A DNA stretch of 63,820 nt, counting the filler, from Reclinomonas americana ATCC 50394 (Eukaryota), in the NCBI GenBank assembly GCA_048213135.1. It is 12 parts of 12 records of this genome, joined end to end, with 100 filler letters (N's around TTAATTAATTAA, not from the genome) between each part and the next. Parts side by side here need not be neighbours in the genome. Positions count along the whole stretch, not along the records: positions 1 to 15,905 come from PS015980.1; 11 more parts are not named here. One strand, 5' to 3'. Positions 1 through 11,848 of this stretch are shown here, piece by piece; the first letter of the stretch is position 1, and each line of letters starts with the position of its first letter. The notes beneath the pieces were generated by a model, which searched no databases, was not told where the DNA came from, and saw nothing but the letters and a program-made list of their open reading frames with translations. A program made the translations under genes and the position numbers.

Positions 1-404
1 GGTGGTCGTTGTTGTTGAGTGGTGACAGTGGAGTGGGACCAGGGACTTGTGGCAGTCGCGTGCTGGCTCTCATTGGGAGTAGAAGTGGCGAGTAGAGTGG
101 CTGCGTTAGGCTCCAGAGTGCTGGATCTGGCTAGCTTTGCAACCATGCCTTGTGAAGTCGAAGCAAGTGGCTGCTCAAGGCTTCAGAGCTTCTTGAGAAT
201 CGTGAAACAACTGCAACGTCGACGATCGCGATTGTGCACGTGATCATCAGTCCAAGAGCTGAGGTTGCGTGGAGATCTGCGAATGGAGGAAGACAAGCTG
301 CTGTCAGGCCGCAATGCGATCACGAGAAGACTTTGCAGTCTCTGCGCTCAGCGAACTCATATCAACTGACTTTCATTCCTTTCCATTCAACTTGCACGAC
401 ACTG

Positions 405-3091
405 CTACTTGGCTTCAACTTCACACAGCCGCCTGCAAGCCTCCACCAAGCCACTCGCCCGACCGCCTGCCGAGTAAAGCAGCGAGATTCCAGACAGCTG
501 CATGGCGCGACGGGCCTCGTCGAGACGCAGCTGCATCTCCTCCTTTCGCTGCTGGTCACCAGCGCAGCTCAACGCCGCACCAAGCAATAGTCTCGCGCGC
601 AGCGTCTCCATCCCCTCCTCACCAAAGGTCACCAAATGGGGATGATCAACACGAGCGGCAGAGTGAGGGACGCGATCAGCAGCAAGCGCACACATGCGGT
701 CGACACAGTTGCGGAGCACAAGAGCGGCCGGCTCGAACTGGCGGTCGCACAGCAACAGGTAGCCAGACTGACACAACAGCACTACAGACAGCTCAACGTC
801 GTCGCTGGAAGAAGCACTGGCAGCTGCCTCGGCCAGCAAATCAGCCGCCTTGCCAATTCGGCCACCCTCGACCGCGCTTGCAGCCTCAGCCTGAACGACG
901 ACAGGTTTAGAAACGTGAGCTGGGCTGCAAGAGCGTGGTGCAGCAATAAACCATGTTCGCGCGGGGAAGGTCAACAAGAACTGGGTCGAGTAGCGCCAAT
1001 AGAACCGCAGTGACTCCAGACAATTCGTCAGATTGGGAAGCCGAGGAGAGCGCAGGACTGCGCCCACAAAACACGGTGAGGGGCGAGAACGCAAGGAGGA
1101 ATATGGCATGCAACAGACCACCAAGGTGATTCCAGCGGCGCTGGCCGTGCAAGACGCGTCCACACAGGGTCCTGCTCCGCCACGCACAGCACAGGTGCGG
1201 GAGGCCACAACCATGGCTTTCTCTCAGCATACGGCGGCGGATCCAAAGCAGTTCGGAGGCACAGCAAAAGGGGCTGCAGAGGAGAAAGTGAGAGACGTTG
1301 CTGGTTTGAGAGGAGGTGAGAGGCCACGCACCGCGACAGGCGTGCTGCTGTCTGACGCCTCGTCGATCCACAATTGCACCTCGCGGCAGGCCTTCCACGA
1401 TACGTTTAGCAGTATCACCAGGTCGAACTCATCCACTCGGAGGGATCCGTGCGCGCCAAGGCGACGCTGGTGGACCGGAAACGACTGGTGGACATACATG
1501 CATTAGCTACGACATTGCGCGAGACACTGGGAGACGATTGCACAGACCTCTTCGGCATTCATGCTGCTAATGCTGACATGGTTCAAGATGCGTTCTGCAC
1601 GTGGTGCGTTGACGCAGCACTGCGGCCCCACAAGCTGCATGCTGACTCCAAGAGCTTCGAGTTGATCGGAGATACCTACGAGTTGCAGTTGCAAGTGAAC
1701 ACACAATGCGATCAACACTGCAGGTGATGAACTACAGTACCGCATGCGTCCAGATATCCTTTGTCGGCAGCAAATGCGTCCACGAAGGCTGCTGACAACT
1801 CCTCAGCTTGCGTGACAATCAGCATGCGCCCAGCAGCAAGGGCGTAGGGGAGAGTCACGAGCAGAGCGGAGAGTGCCTTTGGTGACGGCAACCCCACAAT
1901 GGCACCGGTGGCGGAGGTGGACATTGGCGACAGCTTGTGCCACAGGCTCGGTTCTGGCGCATCGGACGTCTGCTGGCGCTGCTGCGTTTGCTGGCGTGCA
2001 AAGTCGCGCACTGCATGCACAACCGGTACCACCTCCGGCGGCAACCGACTCGCTGGGGAATGAAGCAACGACGACCAGACGACATGACCCCACCGCTGGA
2101 ACGGTGAAAGGATGCGAGTGCAGCTGAGCATCGTGCCCAGCGCTCCAAAGGATTCCACTTCTTCAAAGTCCATCGTAGCTGCGGAGTCAAGTTAGCTTGC
2201 GATCATGACGCGGAGAACGAATCTGATTGACGTGCCCGACCTTCTGCGGTGGTCTCCGTGCCGCTGGTAGAATCAGCAACGGCCCAGTTCCAGTATGCAC
2301 CACATGCGACGTCTTCGGTGATGCTCAGCTGGCGAAGAAACACCACAAATCGAGCCAGCTGGCCGGTGATTGGCTGTGGAGAGAGGAGAGAAATCAGGGC
2401 ATGCATTGTCGCCATATTGATGAAAATCAACGCCACCTTCACCGTCGCATCACCGTGTGCAAAAGCCAGTGAAACGGCGACAAGCCGTGCACAGTCTCCG
2501 TCGAGTGCCAGCAGAGTGCGGGGAGAGAGGCCTTGTTGCACGAGAAGCGTGGCAAATCTGTGTGCGACCTCGGACGACTCGAGCACACGCGACCACAGGT
2601 CGCTGAAGCAGCGCTCGCAGAGGCTTTGGTCAATGTCGGGGGTGAGCGAGCTCATTGGTGGAGGGTTCGCGTTCTGCTTGTGTAAATCAAGAAAGTGAGG
2701 GCGACAATTTGGATTATCGCGGAAATTGCAAGGAGTAACGCATTCTCACCTGGCGTGCAGCGGCGACACGCCTGAGTGGAAGCGATGGGAAGGTGTGTAA
2801 GCAGGAATATCCATGAAAGAGTCTGACAGCGGAGATGACGGAGAAATTCGACAAGTCCGGCGCTGCCTGGCAAGCGTGACATAGTTCGGAAAAGCACGTG
2901 GCGAGGAATTGCACGTGAGATGAGTGACCATGCTCCGGATGCACAGCAAAATAGCATGCGATCTGCGGGGGAATCGGTCATGAAGCTGACTGTCGTTTCT
3001 CAGCAATATAAGTCTACAAAAAAAACAGAAAATGGGTCGACACTACTGGGAATCACTGCTCACCAAGTCGTCGCGCTTGGCGCGACCATGG
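405..3091 (-). CDS. Hypothetical multi-exon protein, helical/TPR-like C-terminal region; boundaries approximate
   Basis: Chain of protein-like minus-strand ORF segments (2652-2981, 2203-2655, 1712-2173, 1503-1745, 1224-1499, 405-1214). No family recognised and splicing not fully resolved. Confidence 0.45.
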
Positions 3092-3206
3092 GCTCGGCGA
3101 CGTGTGGTGTTCGCAATACACCGATCCCCCATGCAGATAAGTCGTCGCCAATTCAGCGACCACCACGTTGCCAGCGACCACCTCCACTCCGTGCTGCTGC
3201 CTTGCA

Positions 3207-3358
3207 CTATGAGGGTCCAGCCGACGCCGCTCCGACCCCGCCTTCCGCAGCCACCACCGCACACAATCGCTTCAGCTCGTCGTGCACATAGGATGCCGAA
3301 ACGCGCGTCGCTTGCGGCCTCTGCATCACACGAAGATTGAGTTCCCGTTTCTCTCCCT

Positions 3359-3408
<50 letters not shown>

Positions 3409-6400
3409 CTTCCCTTCTCTTCCCTTGTCCTTACCCGACACGTTGGTCTCTCTTCGTCACTCACTCTCTCCCACCCTTCTCTCTCTTTCCCTCTCACCCC
3501 ATCTATCTCTCTCCCATCACGCAACCCAGCACTGCCGAATCAGACTGCGAACGTCCTCCGGCACAGCTGCCCGCACTTCATCGTCGTCCAGGTCACCAGG
3601 TGAAGCGCCTGCTTTCATGAGATCTCCGATTTTCATCAACGCCACTCCACTGAATGGCTCGCGGCGAGTGGCGATAAACCAGAGCAGCGAACCGAGTCCA
3701 TACACATCTGCTCGTTCATCATACTGCGAGTGGCGAATGGCAAATAAGTGAACATCGCTCTCACGGGGCACAGCGAGAATAGAGAATGACATCTATGCAC
3801 CTGCTGTTCCAACATGGCCTCTGGCGCAGCATACGCCGCCGTTCCGTGATTCGATTGCATCTTGCCGAGTGTGCCGTGAATCTTGGCCTCACCAAAGTCA
3901 CACACCTTGGCCACGAGTCGGTCCTCGCTGATGAGAATGTCTGCGGACATTTAGGGAGGAGGTAAGTGACTCGGACAGGGGCGACATGCAATCGGGGAAG
4001 GAGAGCAGGATAAGAAGCTTGGTTGACAACGAAGTTGCTCTCACTTCCCAGCTGAGTCACATTCTTCCTCAGAAGAGCAAACGACAGAGAGAGCTGGAAA
4101 AACTCGCCGAATAACTCGAACGGAATATCCACCTTCCTCGCTTGACGGAATCTGAGTTATCTCTCTCGCTCACTCAGATCGCCTTTCTCCATCTTCAGGT
4201 CACCCTCCGTGACACGCAACTCTGCGGCTTGAGATCACGATGCACAACTCGACGCGAGTGCATGTACACCACCGCCGATACCACTTGCAAGAGCAGGCTG
4301 AGCAGGTGTTGTGTCGTCGTGTGCTCATCCTTCACAAGGTCGTGCAGTGTCTCGGCGTTGCCTCGCTCTCCTTCTTGACCGACATACTCGAGAACGAGAC
4401 CGAGGCCACTCGGATCGTCGTTGCACACGGCCATCAGTTTCACAATGTGTGAGTGACTGTGCGCGCAGGCACATGAGTGACGGCGGTCAGCATTCGGGTG
4501 AGGTTAAGGCGAATGCACGCAACTCGAGCTGCATCAGTAGTGAATGCTCGTTCTCGAAGCAATCTCGAATGCGTCTCCAGTCAGCAGACTGCGCATCACG
4601 TGCCTGCTGCCTGACAAAGTAGCGCTTGTACGCCACAGTCTGCGAGTCGCCACAGAGTCGGAGAGTGGCGTGGAAGACGGCATTCTGGCCTGCGAATGTA
4701 GGTTTATATGAGACGAGCCTAGACTACTGCAAGTAAGAGCGAAAATCTCACCATTACCGATCTGTTTTGATGACAGTTCAAGCTCCGTGAAAGGCACAAC
4801 AGGAGCGCGGATGGCGAATCTCGCTGCTCTCTCCGTCACTATCTCGGCCGTCACATTGATGCGACACACATCTGCGCGCGAGGAGAACGAGATGAGAGAA
4901 TGAAGACGTATCAAATGGCATGAGCAGTCGCAACTCTCGTATGCTTGGAACAGCAGACGAATACTCTCGTGCTGTCCGTCGGGGAACAGTGTGTGGAGCG
5001 AGTCACGCACCAGTCGCATGACGCTCACGTACTCGGCGTCCTCGAGTGCAGATAGACGGGCCAGGTGAGACACGCGGTGGCGCACATCCCTCAAGCTCTC
5101 CACGGCTCGAATCTACGAAGGAGAGAATCCAGTGAGAAGAATAGGAACGCATACTGATGTCTGCACAAGTTGAAAGAAGAAAACACCAACAGAAAGGACA
5201 GTGTAGAACTCCCCGTTCCTTCCCTCTCCTCCTTCTTTCGTTCCCCTCTAATGCTGCCCTCCCTCCTTCACTCTTGCGTCTTCTTGTCCTCCCTCCTCTC
5301 CCCCACACCTTGGCTTCGTCAGCAAGCAAGCGGACGGCCAGCCGGTCTTCGTTCGTGACAGGATCGAGACGGACGCGACTCTCCAGCAGATCCTCGTCAC
5401 GACAAGCGGCGGCAGGAACAAAAGTAATGTACAAGAGCAGAGTGCTCAGCAGCGACACATCCATGCCCATTGTCACTCCACTCCGCTTGAATGTGCGAAT
5501 GGCTTCGCGGTTGGAAGGGAACAATTCGACAGAGCGCATGCGAATGTTGCCGCGCTTGTCCAGAGTCATTCGGCAGTATCTGAGATGCAGAATGAGTGGA
5601 GATGGCACAGCGCAGCTCGACAACATATCGAGCACCTCGGCGGTGGAGCTGGGAGGCAGAGTTGCTCAATGTCGAACTCGCCAGGAAAGAAGTCAGCAAC
5701 AAGTTGCTGCAGGAGGGAGCCGAGAGCCAGGGGAATGATCTCGTGCACGACTTCGGTGAGCATCAAGATTGGACGGCGGTCGCTGTGGCATTCGAGAGAG
5801 AAATGAGGAAGAAAGTCGTGCGCACGAGGCAGAGCACCTGCCATCAGGAACCTGAGAAAATCCATGTGGAAGAGGGTGCGAAGCTGGCCTTCCATCTCAT
5901 CCACCCTCCGTCGCAGCTGATCCCGTTCGTTGGCAAGATCCGCAAGCTGCTCACGAAGAGTATTCCTCTCGTCGGCGGCGACACGCTCAGCATCAGCGAG
6001 AGCTTGTTGGAGCTGACTGCGTTCGGCCGTGAGCGACTCAACATCAGCTTGGGTGGTGGTCAGTTCTTCAGTGAGCGAATGATATTCGGCAGAGATGGCC
6101 CTGACGGTGGCCTGAGATGCGGCAAATGACTCGGCGAGTTGGTCACGCTCCGCAGTGACATTGGCTGTGGAGAGTGAAGTGAGGAACGCAAGTCGGATCA
6201 CGAGCAGAAACAAAACATCAGCTGGCGAAACAACGAACCGAGGGCACGCTCATTGTCAGCCAGCTGGGTGGAGATTCGATCCCGCTCGGACTGCAACTGG
6301 GCATTCTTCTGGTGCTCTTCGACCTTGCTCAGTTGCAACTGGGCGACAACGTCTTCGTGCTCACGTCGCTGTCGATCCCATTCCCGCTGCTGCTGCTGCC

Positions 6401-7393
6401 GCTCCTGCTGCGATGCAGCAAGATCGCGCTGGAGTTGCGCAAGGAGTGCGTCCTTGTCGGCGAGCGTGCGTGCGACGGTGGGATCATCAACAGCCGACTG
6501 CAGTTTACGAGAGTGCGAGGGAGACACGGAACGGATGTGAGAAGTGAGTTTCACGAGCAACAAGAAGCAGAGAGTGGCACTCTCCGTCTCACCTGGCGTA
6601 CTGGCACTGCGTATTCGCCAGGAATGACACAGAAGGACAAACACAGATGGTGGAGCATGAGCACGAACACAGCATATGCCAACAGACATAATGGAGGGCA
6701 TAATACCTGCAGGAGGCGGGGATCGCGGCTGCTGTTGTTGCTGTTGGCGTGGTGGTGCTGGTTGCGCAGCGAGGCGGTCGAGCAAGTCGGCAACTTGCTG
6801 GTTGCCGTTGTCACGTGCCCACTGAGCCGCTGTTTTGCCCCGCTTGTTGACCATGGGAATGAGGTCGGGGAAGCCAGTGGCGAGGAGTTGCACAATGGCT
6901 TCGTGGCCTTCCCGGGCAGCATAATGCAGTGCAGTGGACTGCGGATACTCCGCACGGTCATTGGTGACGGCCCGCACCATCTCCGGCGGACATCGTCGCT
7001 CATCGGCAAGCAACCACTCCACCACTTGCAGATGCCCATTACGAGCAGCCCCCATCAGTGGCGTCCAGCCATAGTCGTTGACCATTTGTGCGAGTTCCGG
7101 ACCGACACCACTCTCCTCCCACAAATACTCCAACACAGAGTGGTGACCGCTGTTAGCGGCGAGGTGAAACGCCGAGCCGCCATTCAATCCCATCTCCTCT
7201 CTCTTCAGCAAAGTGCGTGCGCCCTCACGCGCCAGCAACTCGCGCAGTGCCTTCACATCGCCATTCGCCGCCATCTCATATGCTTTCTTCCGAGGAGCAC
7301 TGCCACCAAAGAGGCAAAAGCAGAAGCGCGAGTGAGAGAGAGATCTAGAGAGAATGCCACCTGACAACAACAGCAATGCACAGCACACCTCAT
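3207..7393 (-). CDS. Ankyrin repeats - coiled coil - HEPN-like domain - protein kinase (TKL-like), multi-exon
   Basis: Spliced in frame from ATGAG|GT (7393): MSAPRKKAYEM; ANK motifs (GWTPLMGAARNGH, STALHYAAREGH); heptad coiled coil; MDVSLLSTLLL...VESLRDVRHRVSH (Rx4H at 5065-5082); kinase IGNGQN, VAYK, HRDLKPQN, CDFG, GTAAYAAPE, DVYGLG, IRQCW; stop at 3207. Confidence 0.85.
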
Positions 7394-7740
7394 TTTCTTT
7401 GATCCAGTGATTAGGGGAAGCAGCAACAACTCTCTCTCTCTCTCTCTTTCTGCCTCGCGCTGCGCCTTCTCTTCACACTCCGTCCGTGTTCTCGTTATTC
7501 CGCGTGTCCTGCTTTGTTGCGCAGCGGACACACGCACTACTGGCTGCGACGTCGCTCGCGAGAGGGAGAGAATGTGGAGCTGGGAAGGCAAATGCACACT
7601 GAATCAGCCCATGACTGCTGACAATGATTCGTGCCTGTGCAAGCAAACATCTACGCTTCATTTGCAGGCCGCCTCACGGAACACCAACGCCAGTGTGTTC
7701 CTCTCATGCCTATTTTGACTCATTCTCACTTCCATTCATC

Positions 7741-10700
7741 TCAGAGTTCCATCGTAAACTGCCCACATGCGTCGCGCAGTGCACGCATCACATCGAGCAC
7801 TTCCTGCGATGTCGGTCGTCTCGATTGCAAGCTCATGCAGCGCAAGCCGAGTTCGAACATGGGTTCGGCTATGCGCGGCGTCCACTCTGCTCCTCTGTCC
7901 ACCAATTCCATGGGGCGCAGCGAGGCAGGCGAGTCGTCCCATTCCACCGACCACTCCACCACAGTGGCCACGGGCTTGGCAGTGACCAGCTGCACCAGCA
8001 CCACGCCCATGCTGTACACGTCGTGTTTGGGGTGTGGACGGCGCACACGCATTGCCAGTGGGTCCATGTAGCCCAGCGTGCCGGCGGCGGTCGTCGTCTG
8101 GGAGATGGGAGATAGTGAGAGAATGAGGGAAGAGAGAGGAATCGATGACAACAAACCTTGCCATCTGCAATCGACCGCGCAATGCCAAAGTCACCGAGAC
8201 ATGGCTCGAAACGGTGATCGAGAAGCACGTTGGAGGGTTTGATATCGCGGTGCACAACATCATTCTGTGAGCGGAAATAAGTGAGGCAAGGCACGATGTA
8301 TGAAACATGACAGCAAGGAGAGAATAAAGCCGAGTGGAGAGTAGAGTACACGAGAAGCAGCGGAGACATCAACAGCGAAGACTGACGAGGAGAAAGAAAG
8401 AGACGAGCACACACACAGTAAGGGAGCCTCCACAGGGAGAGGAAACGAAGCGAGGCGTCCACATCGGTTAGACCTTGTGCAAGAACGCCACGGCCTCGGC
8501 CAGTCCGAGAGCAATTTGCACACGCTGCACAACAGAGAGTGGTGCTCGACCGGCGCGCGGTAGCAGCAACAGATCCTCCAGGTTGGGAACTCTGTGTGCT
8601 TTCACAGTGAGACGATGATGGATGAGAGGAAGGAGAGGAGGGAGATGGAAAACGCACTGCAGAGCCTTGTACACGAGACAGCGTGCCTTGTCGTCGCCCA
8701 CCGAGAAGCCGACAAGAGGCACAATGCGACGATCACGCAGGCGTCCGAGGGTGGCCACCTGTGAGAAGAGGGAAGAAGAATGAGGAGAGAGAGAAGAAAC
8801 AGGAGAGGGAGAGAAACACGAACCTCGCTCTCAAAGGACTCCATCGTCCATGGTGCCTCGGGATCGAGCACCTTGATGGCCACGTGCATCTCACGAAGCA
8901 GAGTGATGAACACGGCACCCTGACCACCCTCACCGACCTTGAGGCGGGGTGAGAATGAGTCGGTGGCTTGCACAATCTCGGACCACTCAAAGCGCTGCAC
9001 GGCGGTGTCGACTGTCGAAAGAGGAGATGAGAGGTGACAAATGAGTGAGAATGAAAGGACATTGAACACTGATATGAAGAAAGAAAGAGGACAAGAGACT
9101 GACCTTGGGTGAGGAGGAGATCCTGTCGCAGCTGGGAGACGAGTTGATTGCTTTCGTGCAGCTCTGCGGTAAGGTCGTCCTTGTCACGCAGGGCCTCAGT
9201 CAGCTGAGCGGTGATTTGATCTCGCTCTGCTTTCAGTTGGGAAATCTCTTGCTCATCCTCAGCATGAGCTCGCTGCCAGTCAGCGTTGGCTCGCTGCAAA
9301 TGCGCACTTCGTTGTTGCACTTCAGATAGACCACGTCGTAGCTCTGCGTTCGCAAGCTGCAGCTCCGTCCGCTGACGGTCGAACTCTCGCTTCTGCTGCT
9401 CTCGCTCCTGCTGTGACGCCACGAGATCGCGCTGAAGTTGGGTGACGAGCGCTTCTCTCTCGGCGAGATGGCGTGCCAACGCAGGATCATCACCAACCAC
9501 CTGCACAGGAGCCCGATGTGACACGAGAGAGCAAGTTGTGCATAGAGTGAACTCCATGATCGGTACTGACGCGGAGACTGTCGATCTCAGTCTCACCTGG
9601 CGTGCTGGCGCTACAAGTATCGCGGAGCAATACACAACGACACAGTATACGGTTGAGTGAGAGCAGGAATAACATGGATCACACAAGTTAACGGACAGGG
9701 AGACCACACCTGCTGGACGAAGAGGCTTTTCCATCAGAGGCTGTTGTCGTGGTGGCGATGGTTCCAAAGCGAGGCGATCGAGCAACTCGGCGACCTGAAC
9801 ATGTCCTCTTCCACGTGCCCACTGAGCCGCGGTCTTGCCCTTCTTGTTGACGACGGGAATAAGGTCGGGATAGCGAGTGGCGAGGAGTCGCACAATAGCT
9901 TCGTGGCCATTCTTGGCAGAGACATGAAGTGCAGTGGACTGTGGAAACATGTCACGGTCATCGGTAACCGCCCGCACCGTCTCTGGCGGACATCGTCGCT
10001 TGTCGGCTAGCAACCACTGCACCACTTGCAGATGGCCAAAGCAAGCGGCCCCAATCAACGGTGTTTGCCCATAGTCGTTGGCCAACTGCGCGAGTTGCGG
10101 TCCAATGCCAGTCTCCTCCCACAAGTACACCAGCACGGAGAGACGGCCCTGATGAGCGCCACATACAAATGCAGAGCGACCGTACTTATCCATCTCCTCT
10201 CTCTTCAGCAGCGTCTGCGCACCCTCGCGGGTCACTAATTCGCGCAGCGCCACCACATCTCCTTCTGTTGCCATCTCCCATGCTTTCTTTTGTCGGCGCT
10301 GCCTTGCAGCACTGCAACTAAGAAGTGCGGTGTGGTTTTAGAGGCCTAAAAAAATTAACAGTGAGTCGATGTGAAACTCGAACAAAATCTCACCTGTCGA
10401 TCGCACGGTGTGCTACTGCGAGTGTCTGTGGTCGAGCCGACGAACCGTGAATTTTTTTCAAGACAAATGACGCATGCGCACACGACGTGAGTGCCAAAGA
10501 CACGTGCCAACTCCGGTGAACCGGTACAACTACGTCTCACCCGTTGTACTGCGCATAAGGCACAACAAAAGAGCGAAGAATAAATTAGTCGACTTGTCAG
10601 TTATACAATCACCAAAGCACGAAAAACCAACAAAACTTGATGGCGGAGTAGGGGGAACAAGAACGCGACGTGACGGTGGTTGCAAAGCGAGGCGATCGAG

Positions 10701-11328
10701 TAAATCGGCCACTTTCCGTTTGTTATTGCTGCGTGCCAACCTGAGCTGCTGTCTTGCCCATCTTGTTGACCATGGGAATGAGGTCGGGGAAACGAGTGGC
10801 GAGGAGTCGCACAACGGCTTCGTGGCCTTCCATGGCAGCATAATGCAGTGCAGTTGACTGTGGATTGTCGTGGTCACTGGAGACCGCCCGCACCATCTCC
10901 GGCGGACATCGTCGCTCATCGGCAAACAACCACTCCACCACTTGCAGTTGCCCATTGTTGGCAGCAGTCAGCAGTGGCGTAAAGCCAATGTCGTCGACCA
11001 TGTGTGCGAGTAACGGCCCGACACCACTCTCCGCCCACAAATACTCCAACACAGAGAGATGACCTTGAAGAGCGGCACAGTCGAAAACAGAGCAGCCATA
11101 CTCATCCATCTCCTCTCTCTTCAGCAGTGTTTGTGCGCCCTCACGCGCCACCAATTTGCGCAGTGCCTTCACATCGCCTTCCTCTGCCATCTCCCATGCC
11201 TTCTTCCGTCGGGAGCGGGGAACACTGTGAACAACGCAAACACATGACGAATGACAATCACGACGAATGTGAGCATGCATTCTGACAATAACCCATCCTG
11301 AAATAGACACTCCTGCAACACACCTCAT
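7741..11328 (-). CDS. Double ankyrin module - coiled coil - IRAK/Pelle(RLK)-like kinase; one apparent +1 frameshift at ~10740
   Basis: Two ANK exons (~10640-11225, ~9710-10310) joinable through two small exons. Kinase: RFEWSEIVQATDSFSPRLKVGEGGQGAVF, VAIK, HRDIKPSNVLLD, DFG, GTLGYMDP, DVYSMGVVLVQLVT. Extra G in CAG-G-TTG relative to the paralogs. Confidence 0.85.
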
Positions 11329-11848
11329 GTTCTCGATTCCAACACAATAACGGCAATGGCTCGCACAACCAACTTTATCGCTGCCGATCTAGCAGCACAC
11401 TCGCAGCTCCTCCTCTTCCCAGCGCTTGCGGTTTGCGTATGAATTGGAGAGTTTTTCCGTGTCCTTGACGCGTAAATGCGACAAAATGGACGACGTCGTC
11501 ATTTTGTGACGTCGGATGCTTGCAAAGCCCCCAAACTGAAGCATCGTTTCACTTGGTGACGCGAGACGCACCACGTCCACCCAGGAGATCTCGAGAACAC
11601 TTCAACTGTCAAAGAGTGTGCCAGCAACGATGGTTAGCACACCTTCTAGCTCCGAAACTCGCAACGCGCCTGTTGCAGGTGCGCCCATTCTACGTATCAG
11701 GCACGCATGCTCATGATGGCCATCACGCGCCATGCCAACGCATCAACACTCGATGTCGGACTGTGCACTCTGATCGCGAAGTTGAATCATTCAAACGCTG
11801 AACACCCAGCAGCATGACTGCCATTGGTCATTCTCACTTACATTCATC

